DNA from: Alphaproteobacteria bacterium
GTDB taxonomy: Bacteria > Pseudomonadota > Alphaproteobacteria > UBA6615
Length of the DNA: 64,000 nucleotides
Direction of reading: 5' to 3'
Assembly (NCBI GenBank): GCA_965261975.1
Contig: CBDHEC010000056.1
Span: 1 to 64,000, forward strand
Shown here: positions 38,396 to 47,825 of the stretch, piece after piece
Numbering within the stretch: the first letter of the stretch is position 1
How the letters are laid out: the number at the start of each line of letters is the position of its first letter
Notes under the pieces: model-generated
What the model saw: only the letters and a program-made list of their open reading frames with translations
What the model was told of the DNA's origin: nothing
Databases searched by the model: none
Position numbers and translations under genes: made by a program

Positions 38396-39777
38396 TTTTC
38401 TGAATCCGCTTGGGCCGACGCCGGCTGGATGTGCAGCCGCTTCATCCGGTCCGAGTGCAGCGGCTCCGACGTGAAGCTGATCTTCACCGGCACCTTGAAG
38501 TCGTCGAGGCGCTCGGTGCAGAAGGCCTTGATCCGCGCGCGCACCTCCGCCGGGGTGCCCTCCGTGTCCGTCCGGTGGATGTTGGTGCACACGATCTGGC
38601 CCATGATCGGGTTCTTCTCCTTGAACACCACCGCGTCTTCCACGTCGGGGGATTCGAGCAGCACCGTCTCCACTTCGGCCGGGTAGACCTTCTGGCCGCC
38701 CACGTTGATGAGCTCGGAATCCCGGCCGAGGATGCGGAAATATTCGCCGTCCACCTCCACCCGGTCGCCGGTCATGAAGTAGCCGTCCTCGGTGAAGGGG
38801 CTGGGCGCGTTGAGATAGCCGAGCATGGCCGAGTCCGCCTTGATCTGCAGCATGTCGTCGACGACGCGCACGTCATAGCCGTCACCGCCGACCTTCACCC
38901 ACAAACTGTCGCTGGACCGCGACTTGGCGCGGAGCACGCCCAGCTCGATCAGGCCGTAGGTCTGGCGCGCCTCGACATTGGGGAAGATCTTGCGCAGATC
39001 CTTGAGGGTCGAGTCCGGCATGGGCTCGGCGCCGTAGCTGATGAGGCGCAGGCTCGTCAGGTCGCGGCCCTCATAAGCGCGGCTGATCAGGAGCATGTTG
39101 AGGAAGGACGGCGTGCCCGGCAGCAGCTCGATCCGGTGGCGCTCGATCAGCTCGCAGACATACTCGGGCGACTGGCGCTCGGTCAGCACCACCAGGCAGT
39201 CGTTGGCCAGCGCGTGGAGCAGCGTATTGAGCCCGCCCCAGTGATCGAACATCAGCAAGTTTAGAGTTATGAGGGCTCCACGCCGGGTCTTGAACTTCTT
39301 GAGCAGCTTGGCGAAGTCGTGAACGACTCCCTTGGGCAGGCCCGTCGAGCCCGAGGTGAACAGGACAAGTCCCGGCGCGTTGGCGTCGATGAGTTTCCGG
39401 TAGAGCTCGTGGGGTTCGCCGGCATCGCGCTTCGTGAAGGCGACCTCGGTGCCCTCGGTCACGTCGATGATCATCGACGGGTCGACCATGTCGATCAGCG
39501 CCGGGTTGCGTTCGCGCGTGAGCGGCAGCAGGGGCACGACGATGGACTTGAGGTCGATCAGCGCCAGCAGGAGTGACGCCGCGGCCGGCGCATACTCGCT
39601 GCACAGCACCACCACGTCGCCGGGGCCGACGCCCTCGGCCTCAAGCGTGGCCCGCCGCGCGGCGATGTCGTCGGCCAGCCAGCCATAGGTGTAGACGTCG
39701 TCGCGCCAGGCGATTGCCGGGCCGTCCGGGTTGTCCCGGAAGCGTTCGAGGAAGAAGCCGATATCGCTTTCGCTCAT
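38392..39777 (-). CDS. ANL-family adenylating enzyme (fatty acyl-CoA/ACP ligase)
   Basis: FTSGSTGLPKG, YGAEPM, QTYGLIE, FMTGD, INVGGQKVYPAEVE. Confidence 0.9.
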   Translation of the reverse strand: MSESDIGFFLERFRDNPDGPAIAWRDDVYTYGWLADDIAARRATLEAEGVGPGDVVVLCSEYAPAAASLLLALIDLKSIVVPLLPLTRERNPALIDMVDPSMIIDVTEGTEVAFTKRDAGEPHELYRKLIDANAPGLVLFTSGSTGLPKGVVHDFAKLLKKFKTRRGALITLNLLMFDHWGGLNTLLHALANDCLVVLTERQSPEYVCELIERHRIELLPGTPSFLNMLLISRAYEGRDLTSLRLISYGAEPMPDSTLKDLRKIFPNVEARQTYGLIELGVLRAKSRSSDSLWVKVGGDGYDVRVVDDMLQIKADSAMLGYLNAPSPFTEDGYFMTGDRVEVDGEYFRILGRDSELINVGGQKVYPAEVETVLLESPDVEDAVVFKEKNPIMGQIVCTNIHRTDTEGTPAEVRARIKAFCTERLDDFKVPVKISFTSEPLHSDRMKRLHIQPASAQADSEN

Positions 39778-39786
39778 GGGCCGACC

Positions 39787-40797
39787 CTACAGGTGCACCA
39801 GGGCGGTGCCCCAGGACAGCCCCACGCCGAAGCCGCACAGGACCGCCAGTTGCTTGGGCTTGGCGGTCCGGTCGTCGAGCGCCATGCGCAGGGCCACCGG
39901 GATCGAGGCCGAGACCAGGTTGCCCGTGTGGGACAGCCGGTTCACGAGCTTCTCATCCGGGATCTTCAGGGCCTTGGCGATCGAATCCAGCGCCACCTGG
40001 CTGGCCTGGTGGAATACGAACAAATCCACATCGTCGAGGGTGTAGCCGTTCTTCTCCAGGGTCGCCGTCACGTGTCGGGGGATCGTCCCGTTGAAGAAGG
40101 ACAGCACCTGGAAGCCTTCCATGGTGATGTCGGCCGGGGTGCGGATGTTGCCCGACTTGTCTTCCGTCTCGATCGATGTCGCGTCGCTGAGCGGGGTTCG
40201 GGCACCGCCGGCGGGCACCATGAAGCGGTCGTAGAACTTCCCCTCCGAGCCGAGCGCGACGTCGATGACGTGGTGGTCCTCGTTGCTCTCCTTGAACACC
40301 GTCACCGCCGCGCCGTCGCCGAACAGCACCCGGGTCGAACGGTCGCCGGGGTTGATGAGGTGCGAATAGGTATCCGCGGTCGCCAGCAGGATCTGCGTGG
40401 CCGCGCCGCTGACGATCAGGCTGCGCGCCACCTCCAGCGCATAGACATAGCCCGAGCAGCCCATGTTGATATCGAGCGCCATCACGTCCTGGGGCAGGCC
40501 CAGCTTGCCGTGCAGCAGGCAGGCGTTCGACGGAATGGGATAGTCCGGGGTCTCGGTGCAGAACAGCACTCCGTCGATCGCGCCCAGGTCGAGCTTGTCC
40601 TCGTTGAGGAGCTGCTGGCAGGCGGTCATCGTCAGGTCCAGCGCCGTCTCGCCGTCCGCCGCGATGTGCCGGGACATGACGCCGGTGCGCGCCTCCAGCC
40701 GGTCGAAATCCCAGTCGGGATACTTCGCCCGGAGGTCGTCATTGGTGACCACATTGTCGGGCAGGTAGTAGCCGATTTGCTGGATGCGGATGCTCAT
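39787..40797 (-). CDS. 3-oxoacyl-ACP synthase III (FabH family)
   Basis: DINMGCSGY, LFGDGAA, FHQAS, TGNLVSASIP, GFGVGLSW (Cys-His-Asn triad). Confidence 0.9.
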   Translation of the reverse strand: MSIRIQQIGYYLPDNVVTNDDLRAKYPDWDFDRLEARTGVMSRHIAADGETALDLTMTACQQLLNEDKLDLGAIDGVLFCTETPDYPIPSNACLLHGKLGLPQDVMALDINMGCSGYVYALEVARSLIVSGAATQILLATADTYSHLINPGDRSTRVLFGDGAAVTVFKESNEDHHVIDVALGSEGKFYDRFMVPAGGARTPLSDATSIETEDKSGNIRTPADITMEGFQVLSFFNGTIPRHVTATLEKNGYTLDDVDLFVFHQASQVALDSIAKALKIPDEKLVNRLSHTGNLVSASIPVALRMALDDRTAKPKQLAVLCGFGVGLSWGTALVHL

Positions 40798-41411
40798 GAC
40801 GCCACGTCCTGGAGGTTGTCGAGCAGGTCGCCCAGCGCCATGGACGCGCCGTGGCCCGGATGAGCCCTCAGGTCGCGGGGCAGGCTATTGAGCATGGCGA
40901 CGGAATTCTCGAGTGCTGCGCCGTCGCCGCCGGGCAGGTCGATCCGGCCCACCCCGGCGGGCAGCACCGTGTCGCCGGTGAAGAGTTCGTTCCCGATCCG
41001 GAAGCAAACCCCGCCCGGCGTGTGGCCGGGCGACGGCATAACCTCGATGTCGAAACTGGCAACGTTGAGCTCGGTGACGTCGGTCAGGTCATGGGTGATC
41101 TCGGGCACCTTGAGGGCCTCGCCGGGATCGATCACCATCTTGTAGAGGTTCATCCGCTTGAGCAGCGCCTCGTCGGCCCGGTGCAGGTAGAAGGGGATGT
41201 CGTATCTCGCCATCAGCTCGGCCACCGCGCCCACATGGTCGAAATGGGCATGGGTGCAGATGATCGCCTGCGGGGCCAGGTCCTGTGCACCGACAACCTC
41301 CGCGATGCCTTCGGCGTCGCTGCCGGGATCGACGATCAGGGCGTCGCCGCCGTCGCCGACGATGTAGGCGTTCTCGCGGTAGATGCCGTTGGTGAATGTC
41401 TCGACTTTCAC
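40794..41411 (-). CDS. metallo-beta-lactamase fold hydrolase
   Basis: THAHFDHVG, PGHTPG, FTGD, PGHG. Confidence 0.88.
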   Translation of the reverse strand: MKVETFTNGIYRENAYIVGDGGDALIVDPGSDAEGIAEVVGAQDLAPQAIICTHAHFDHVGAVAELMARYDIPFYLHRADEALLKRMNLYKMVIDPGEALKVPEITHDLTDVTELNVASFDIEVMPSPGHTPGGVCFRIGNELFTGDTVLPAGVGRIDLPGGDGAALENSVAMLNSLPRDLRAHPGHGASMALGDLLDNLQDVAS

Positions 41412-42052
41412 CGGACCCCGCCGAAATACACGACCTGGTTGGTGACGTTTCGCGCTTCGCGGGACGCGAAGAAGTCTACCGCGTGGGCGATCTCTTCGGT
41501 CGTGATCAGGTCGGGCTTGATCAGTTCCGTCTGCTTGTCGGCCAGGCCCTTCTCCGACAACCCCTCGGCCATGCCCGAGCCTTCGACGAGCGACAGGCCC
41601 AGGGTGTTGATGGTGATGTCCGCCGTGCCGATTTCGCGGGCAAGCGTGTGGCCGAGATTTTCCAGCCCCGCCTTCGAGGCGTTGTAGAGCGCCCCGCCGA
41701 CGCTGCCGAGGGGCACGTTGATGGAAGAGATGTTGACGATCCGGCCCTGTTTGGCGCGCATCATGTGCTTGATGGTCTCGCGCAGCACCGTGAAGGCGCC
41801 GACAAGATTTGTCTCAAGGATTTCAGAGGCTTCGCCGCTACCGGTCAGCAATGCGGGTTTCGACTGGGTGATGCCGGCGTTGTTGATCAGCAGATCGATT
41901 GCAGCACCCGCGTCCAGCACGGCCTTGAAGACGTCCCGGACGGCGGTCTCGTCGGTGATGTCGGCCTCGATATGGGTGTAATTGTCGTGGGCGACGTCGC
42001 CCGCGCCGCGTGCCCAACCGAACACCCGATGCCCCGTGCCCGCGTAGTGGGC
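41408..42052 (-). pseudogene. FabG-like SDR lacking its N-terminal TGxxxGxG motif (5'-truncated)
   Basis: HYAGTGHRVFG, DLLINNAG, IVNISS, YNASK present; no Rossmann glycine motif upstream in any minus frame. Confidence 0.7.
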
Positions 42053-42290
42053 GGAACTCCGCGTCTGCATGGTCCCATTGCTGATATCACCGAAGCCCCT
42101 GCGTTCGCAACGAACAGGTTGGTGCGTGCCGGGACGCAAAAGATCGTCGCCGGCCCGGGAAAATGAAAGATATGTTCCATCTCGGCGCTGGTTCGCGTCC
42201 CCCGTGCGCACTAGAGTTTGTCCACCCGTCGGCCAAGGTGGAACGGCGAAAGGCGGGGGGACAAGAAAGATGATCGAGGAGACCAGTGCC

Positions 42291-42980
42291 ATGTCGCGTA
42301 CCCAAGGACGCATTCAGAAGATCGAACCCGAGGCCGTTGATGGCGAATTCGAGGAGTTCTACGGCGCGGTGACCGCACTGCTCGGCCGTGTGCCCCACTT
42401 CTACCGGACGATTTCCAACGCACCGTTCCTGGCGATGCTGCTTCTGCCGATCAACGCGGCGGCCCAGCGCGAATGGCCGGGCACGCGCGTGTCGGGCAAG
42501 CTCAAGGAGATGGTGGTGATCAAGACCAGCCACGTGAATGGCTGCGACTACTGCTACGCCCACAACACCTCGCTGGGCCAGGCCGCCGGCATCACCCACG
42601 AGCAGATCATCGACATGTCGTCGGACGACTATCTGACGTCGGACCGGTTCAACGAGCGTGAGAAGGCGGCGATCCTGTGGGCCGAGAACATGACCCGCAA
42701 CACCGCCCAGAAGAATGGCGAGGTGTATGACCGGCTGCGCGCGAACTTCTCCGAGGGTGAGATCGTCGAGATCACGATGCTCTGCGCGATGTTCAACATG
42801 ATCAACCGGATCAATGATTCCCTCGATGTGTTGATCGAGGAGCAGCCGGAGATCGACAAGATCCAGACCTCCCTGCATCTTGATCCGGCAAAAATGGGCG
42901 ACTATTTGCGCTGGCTGGCCGATCATTGGCCGAGCGAGTTCGACACCATGAACAAGCAGGCCGAAGACGCCGCCGCCTGA
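42291..42980 (+). CDS. carboxymuconolactone decarboxylase / AhpD-like protein
   Basis: LKEMVVIKTSHVNGCDYCYAHN, FSEGEIVEIT, FNMINR. Confidence 0.85.
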   Translation: MSRTQGRIQKIEPEAVDGEFEEFYGAVTALLGRVPHFYRTISNAPFLAMLLLPINAAAQREWPGTRVSGKLKEMVVIKTSHVNGCDYCYAHNTSLGQAAGITHEQIIDMSSDDYLTSDRFNEREKAAILWAENMTRNTAQKNGEVYDRLRANFSEGEIVEITMLCAMFNMINRINDSLDVLIEEQPEIDKIQTSLHLDPAKMGDYLRWLADHWPSEFDTMNKQAEDAAA

Positions 42981-43199
42981 CCGGTCAGGTTTGGGGCGAA
43001 GCGCAGGATTAGTCCGTACAAACTGTGTGGATAATTTGTGGGCAGAATTGCCTCGGGCGGCTGACTCGCGTTGCCTGCTGCATTAGCTTGTGCGCACGTA
43101 AGTAGAGACGAGTATTGTTGCCGGGCTGGCCGGACGTCACGCCCGGTGCAAGCTTGTTTGGGGGAGTTTTCCACAATAACCACGTGGTTCGCGGCACGC

Positions 43200-43730
43200 A
43201 TGGCGATCGTATCGAATGACGACGTGGCCAATTTCGAGGGATCGGAGTTGGCAGCAGGCAAGGAAGGTGCCGCGCCGCCGCGCGCGGTCGCACCTGCGCC
43301 GGCCGAGAATATCTGGGTGTTGTGTCGAAAACGCGCCGACGGCGACGTCGAGACCGTCCGGGCATTCGACGATGAGGACCGGGCCCGCGCGGACCTGGAC
43401 CTGGCGGCAAGCATTTCCGATGACGAATTCTGGGTCTCGGCCGTACCGATGATGTGCGCGCCACCTGCTTCGGCCGTGGCCGGCGATGTGTCGCCGGTCC
43501 AGGCCCTGGCGCTCACCTGGATGGCGCAGGGCGCGGAAGCGGAGGGTTCGATCACGTTCGATGACCCCGTGGTGGTGAGCCCGCGCCATGTGCGTGGTTT
43601 CGTCTCCGTGCCGGCACATGAATGGCGCGAGATGGAAGAACGCGGCTGGGTTCGCGATGGCCTGATTACGCCCGAGGGCGCCGACAAGGTCGGCCTCGCC
43701 CGCCCGCTGCAAGCGTCGGACGACGAATAG
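43200..43730 (+). CDS. hypothetical protein
   Basis: Open frame with a plausible GC-rich codon pattern; no recognised motif. Confidence 0.5.
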   Translation: MAIVSNDDVANFEGSELAAGKEGAAPPRAVAPAPAENIWVLCRKRADGDVETVRAFDDEDRARADLDLAASISDDEFWVSAVPMMCAPPASAVAGDVSPVQALALTWMAQGAEAEGSITFDDPVVVSPRHVRGFVSVPAHEWREMEERGWVRDGLITPEGADKVGLARPLQASDDE

Positions 43731-43768
43731 AACCATCCAGTTTGATTATCGGGAGTGGACGTTGCGCC

Positions 43769-45478
43769 CTAGGCGTCGACGGCGCCGGTCGGTTTCAGCT
43801 CGATTGTCGATTCCCACATGCGAAGCGCCAGTGTGAACCGTGATCCACGGCCCAGTTCGCTCTCCAGCGTGATATCACCGCCCATCAGCTGGGCGAGATT
43901 GCGGGCCACGTGCAGGCCGATGCCGACGCCCTCGGTCGTGGTTGTCAGGGCGTCAGAACGGACCCGGTGGAAACGGTCGAATACGGCCTGCTGTTGATCA
44001 ATCGGGATGCCGATGCCGGTGTCCCAGACGGTGATGTAGAGCAGGTCTTCCTTGCCGTGGACGATTTCCACGCCGACGCTGCCGCCCTCGGTTGTAAATT
44101 TGAGCGCGTTGGTCAGCAGGTTGATCAGAATCTGCCGGGCCGCCGTCTTGTCTGCGATGACCGAAAGGTCATCAGCCACCGGCGGCGCGACCAGCACGAT
44201 TTCGGATTCCTTGGCCCGCACTTCGATCATGGAGACCGTGTCGCGAACCAGGTCGGCAACCCCGACCTCGACCAGGTCCATGTCCGTCGTTTCGTTTTCG
44301 ATCCGCACGGTATCAAGCAGGTTGTCAATGATCTGCACCAGGTGCCCGGATGCCGACAGGATGTTGTCCAGATAGGACGGGATCCGCTCACCGGCTGCTT
44401 CGGTTATCTGCCGCCGGCAAAGCTCGGTGAAACCGATAATCGCGTTCAAGGGCGTGCGCAGCTCATGGCTGGTCAGCGCCAGAAAATCCGTCTTGGCGTC
44501 CGATGCGGATTGCGCGCGCACCAGCGTGTCGCGCAGCTGTTCGTTGCGCAGTTCGAGCGCCGAAAGGGCCTGCTCGAGCTTCTGGCGGGCCGAAACGGCG
44601 TCGCGTTCGGCCTCGAGCGCGCGGGTGACGTCGGTCCCGGTTCCGCGATATCCAAGGAAACGCCCGTTGCCGGTATCGAAGAAGGGCATCCCGCTCAGGT
44701 GAACACGGCGGGATTGGCCGGTTTCGTCGCGCATGATGAACAGACGATTGCGGAACGGCCGCCGGTCCTGCATCAGCAGTTTCAGATCCGGAACCCCGGC
44801 AACCGGATCCGGCAGGCTGCCGAGCGAGAGTACGTGTTTACCCAGATGGGCCTCTGGTGGCGCGCCGGTGATGGCGGCGATGCGCGCTGATACTTCCGTC
44901 AGGCGCATGTCGGTGTCTGTTTCCCAGACCCAGTCGGATGTGGACCGGATAACGTCGGTCAGCTTGTCGTCGAGCGCGGCGAGGCGCTGCTCGGACGTGA
45001 TCCAACGGGTGATATCTTCGAAATATCCATAGATGACGGCGGCGCCATCGTTATCTACCAGGAAATGGCGGCCACGGAAGGTGCGGGCGACGCCACCGAT
45101 TTCGGCGCGTGTGCGCCCGGGGTCGAAATGCCCCGTGGAGACGAGCGCATCGAAGACGACGGACAGGGCCGCCGGGGCGGCCGTCACGGTCTCGGTGCCG
45201 TCGGCGAGGTTCCACGCCGCGCGGGCGAAATAGAGAAATGCGTCATTGTGCCAGGTGATCGTGCCGTCTGGCGTCGCGACATAGGCCGGGCCGAGATGTT
45301 CGAGCAAATTCGGGTGGGGCAGGCCGGGCGGCGGTGCCGACGGTGAAACCGCCGCGCCATGGGGCGTGACCTCGGATACGAGCGATTCGATCGTCTGTTT
45401 CAGGTTCGACCGTTGCTTGCGGCGCGAGAAAATGCGCCCTTTTTCACCCGCTGATTTATGTCGAACGATCTCTGTCAT
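43769..45478 (-). CDS. PAS-domain sensor histidine kinase (PleC/DivJ-like, cytoplasmic)
   Basis: SDWVWETD and GYRGTGTDVT PAS motifs, SHELRTPLNAIIGF, NLLTNALKFT, DTGIGI, GIGL. Confidence 0.88.
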   Translation of the reverse strand: MTEIVRHKSAGEKGRIFSRRKQRSNLKQTIESLVSEVTPHGAAVSPSAPPPGLPHPNLLEHLGPAYVATPDGTITWHNDAFLYFARAAWNLADGTETVTAAPAALSVVFDALVSTGHFDPGRTRAEIGGVARTFRGRHFLVDNDGAAVIYGYFEDITRWITSEQRLAALDDKLTDVIRSTSDWVWETDTDMRLTEVSARIAAITGAPPEAHLGKHVLSLGSLPDPVAGVPDLKLLMQDRRPFRNRLFIMRDETGQSRRVHLSGMPFFDTGNGRFLGYRGTGTDVTRALEAERDAVSARQKLEQALSALELRNEQLRDTLVRAQSASDAKTDFLALTSHELRTPLNAIIGFTELCRRQITEAAGERIPSYLDNILSASGHLVQIIDNLLDTVRIENETTDMDLVEVGVADLVRDTVSMIEVRAKESEIVLVAPPVADDLSVIADKTAARQILINLLTNALKFTTEGGSVGVEIVHGKEDLLYITVWDTGIGIPIDQQQAVFDRFHRVRSDALTTTTEGVGIGLHVARNLAQLMGGDITLESELGRGSRFTLALRMWESTIELKPTGAVDA

Positions 45479-45515
45479 GTGTATTTCGTCTGTCTCAACA
45501 CTTCGCGGGAACATG

Positions 45516-45566
45516 GTGAACGGAACGTTAATTATTTTTGGCGGAAGAGGTTTATAAATGATTAAC
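45516..45566. promoter_or_regulatory. two CtrA-like boxes upstream of the PAS kinase
   Basis: TTAA-N7-TTCAC on the minus strand (45516-45531) and TTTA-N7-TTAAC on the plus strand (45551-45566), each one mismatch from TTAA-N7-TTAAC. Confidence 0.5.
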
Positions 45567-45878
45567 CGGGGAGGTCAATTCATAAATTGTTATGAATCAA
45601 TGACTTACGGAGACATTTGAATGGAAAATACTAAGTTTTGGTATGCACTCTCGGGCAACCACGACATGTGCGGTTTGACGGTTAAATACTGCGGCGCAAC
45701 ATGGAATCCGGTTTTCGCGCTAGTAATGGGTCGTGATTCTCGTGTTATGATTTTCCTGTATTTGAATGGGATTTGTTTTTCGTTGTTAATGCGCACCGTG
45801 GCGTGATCGACGTGGATTAGAGTGCGTTCCAGAGTTGTTCATCTCGCCCCGGCGCCGAGTGCGTCAGGACCGTCGGCG

Positions 45879-46406
45879 ATGACCGATACAGGAACAACGG
45901 GCGACAGCGGGGGCCAACGGGTTTCTGCGACCGTTAAGTGGTTCAACCCCATCAAGGGGTTCGGTTTCGTTCAACCCGCGAATGGAACCGGGGACGCTTT
46001 CATCCATGTTTCGGTTCTGGAGGCCGCCGGGCAGAAAGACCTGCAGGATGGCGCCGAACTCGAATGCGAAATTGAACAGGGCCCGCGCGGGCCCATGGTT
46101 TCGATCATTCACAACATCACCGCAGGCTCCGGCGAGGCCACCGAGGCCGTCGACGAGAACGCGCCCGTCACCGAAGGGGTTGTGAAGTTCTTCGACGCCA
46201 ACAAGGGCTACGGCTTTGTCGTGCCGGATGGAGACGGACCGGATGTGTTTGTATCCGGTCGCGTGGTGGCTCAGTCGGGCCTCCGGATGCTCGAAGCCGA
46301 TACGCGGGTGCGCGTCACGACCAAGATGGGTGACAAGGGCCCGCTCGCCCAGACCGTCGAATTGCTGGACGGTGGAGATGCGCCCGGCGGTGCCGTCGAA
46401 GACTAG
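45879..46406 (+). CDS. cold-shock protein with two CSD domains
   Basis: VKWFNPIKGFGFV...DAFIH and VKFFDANKGYGFV...DVFV. Confidence 0.88.
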   Translation: MTDTGTTGDSGGQRVSATVKWFNPIKGFGFVQPANGTGDAFIHVSVLEAAGQKDLQDGAELECEIEQGPRGPMVSIIHNITAGSGEATEAVDENAPVTEGVVKFFDANKGYGFVVPDGDGPDVFVSGRVVAQSGLRMLEADTRVRVTTKMGDKGPLAQTVELLDGGDAPGGAVED

Positions 46407-46412
46407 CCCCGT

Positions 46413-46928
46413 CTAGTGCAACACTCGCAGTAATCCGGCGCCGTCGACCTGGTGACCGTCGCCCTGGTTCCGATACTTCAGGATGTATCCGGTTTCGAAC
46501 AACTCGCGTGCAATCGACTTCGAGCATAGCCCGATCTTCCTGACGGCGGTGTTGGGGACCAACCATTGAAGCATGGCTTGTGCGTGCAGAACCTCGCCGG
46601 CCTGATAGGCGGCCAGCAGATTCAGGATGCAGATTTCGTCCTGGCTGATATGGCAGCAGACCGGGGGATAGAGCTGCAGATGGCGGCGTGCCTGGATTCC
46701 GAGATCTCGGAACAAATCGTCGAGTGCGTCACACAGTCGGGTCGCCGTGCGAGGCCCGCAAGCCCGGTTGAATTCGAGGACGACTTCACTCCATTGGGCC
46801 CGGTTTTGGACCCATTGGCGCAACGCGTGCAAAACCAGACGCTCCATATAGTTCAAATCGTGGGCCGACGGCCGGTCTGACACGGGTCGCGGGGCCATAT
46901 CTCCGGGGCGGTCATTTATCTGGGTCAT
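46413..46928 (-). CDS. hypothetical protein (CCHISQDE motif)
   Basis: 171-aa ORF, ERLVLHALRQW...CCHISQDEICILNLLAAYQ. Confidence 0.65.
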   Translation of the reverse strand: MTQINDRPGDMAPRPVSDRPSAHDLNYMERLVLHALRQWVQNRAQWSEVVLEFNRACGPRTATRLCDALDDLFRDLGIQARRHLQLYPPVCCHISQDEICILNLLAAYQAGEVLHAQAMLQWLVPNTAVRKIGLCSKSIARELFETGYILKYRNQGDGHQVDGAGLLRVLH

Positions 46929-46968
46929 GCGGCTGTCGCCTGGCTGGGTGTGGAGGTGGCAACCATAA

Positions 46969-46989
46969 TGCGAGTGATAATCATTCGCA
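46969..46989. promoter_or_regulatory. Fur-family operator-like palindrome
   Basis: TGCGAGTGATAATCATTCGCA, a near-perfect 21-bp inverted repeat containing the GATAATCATT Fur core. Confidence 0.65.
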
Positions 46990-47053
46990 ACTAAATATTA
47001 TGTGAATGGGCCAGCTCCCTTCGTTGGGGCCATAAACTATTGATTTAATGAAT

Positions 47054-47776
47054 TTATTTACGCGCCAATGCGGCCAGCCGGACCAGTTCTGCGCGCGCGC
47101 TTTCCGGGCCATCGACCAGGTTCTCAAAATCAACGCGTGATTCGGTATCGTTGCGCGCGAGGTCCATGCCCTCGGGATCGATGCCCGTCATGGCCCACCC
47201 CAAACCATGACGATCGGCGAGTTCGGTTGCGTAGGCGTGTACGGCATCGGCATGGTCGTTGTTCATATGCGCGACAATCTCGGACTCGGCTTCCGCGAGA
47301 TCCGTACTGTCCGGTGTCAACAGAACCACATCGTCGGCTGGCAGGGTTTCGATCCGGCCGAAACCCGCGATGAAATGCACGCTTTCGATTTCCAGACGGT
47401 AGAGGTTGAAATCCCCGAACGACATTTGACTGCGAGCGCCACCGTGATGGCGTAGAAACCGTTCCTTCTGGTCCTCGTCGTCACTGGCCATAACGCGCCC
47501 GATCAGCGTCGCACGGGTCTGACTCAAAGAACCGAGGCCGAGATTACCGATGATGAGGGACGCTCTTTGTTCGGTTGCCAAATTACGGCTGTGTCGCGCC
47601 AGGTCGGACATCAACAAGAGCGGGTTGGCATCCATCGTACAAGAGGTTAGCACGAGACTGCCATAGGGGGTGCCGCCCGTTTCCAGATCGACCGTGGACA
47701 AGACACCCGACCGGCTTGTGCGGATTAGGCGCCGGACCAGTGGCCCGCCAGATTTGTCTCGATCATCGATGCTCAT
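47054..47776 (-). CDS. HugZ family (PNPOx-like + DUF2470) heme utilization protein
   Basis: TPYGSLV, LMSDLARHSRNL, FGDFNLY, FIAGFGRI, HMNNDHAD, GIDPEG. Confidence 0.85.
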   Translation of the reverse strand: MSIDDRDKSGGPLVRRLIRTSRSGVLSTVDLETGGTPYGSLVLTSCTMDANPLLLMSDLARHSRNLATEQRASLIIGNLGLGSLSQTRATLIGRVMASDDEDQKERFLRHHGGARSQMSFGDFNLYRLEIESVHFIAGFGRIETLPADDVVLLTPDSTDLAEAESEIVAHMNNDHADAVHAYATELADRHGLGWAMTGIDPEGMDLARNDTESRVDFENLVDGPESARAELVRLAALARK

Positions 47777-47825
47777 GGCGCGCGGAGATTAACGAAACGC
47801 CGCCATGTCGCAAGGGGAATAAGCG

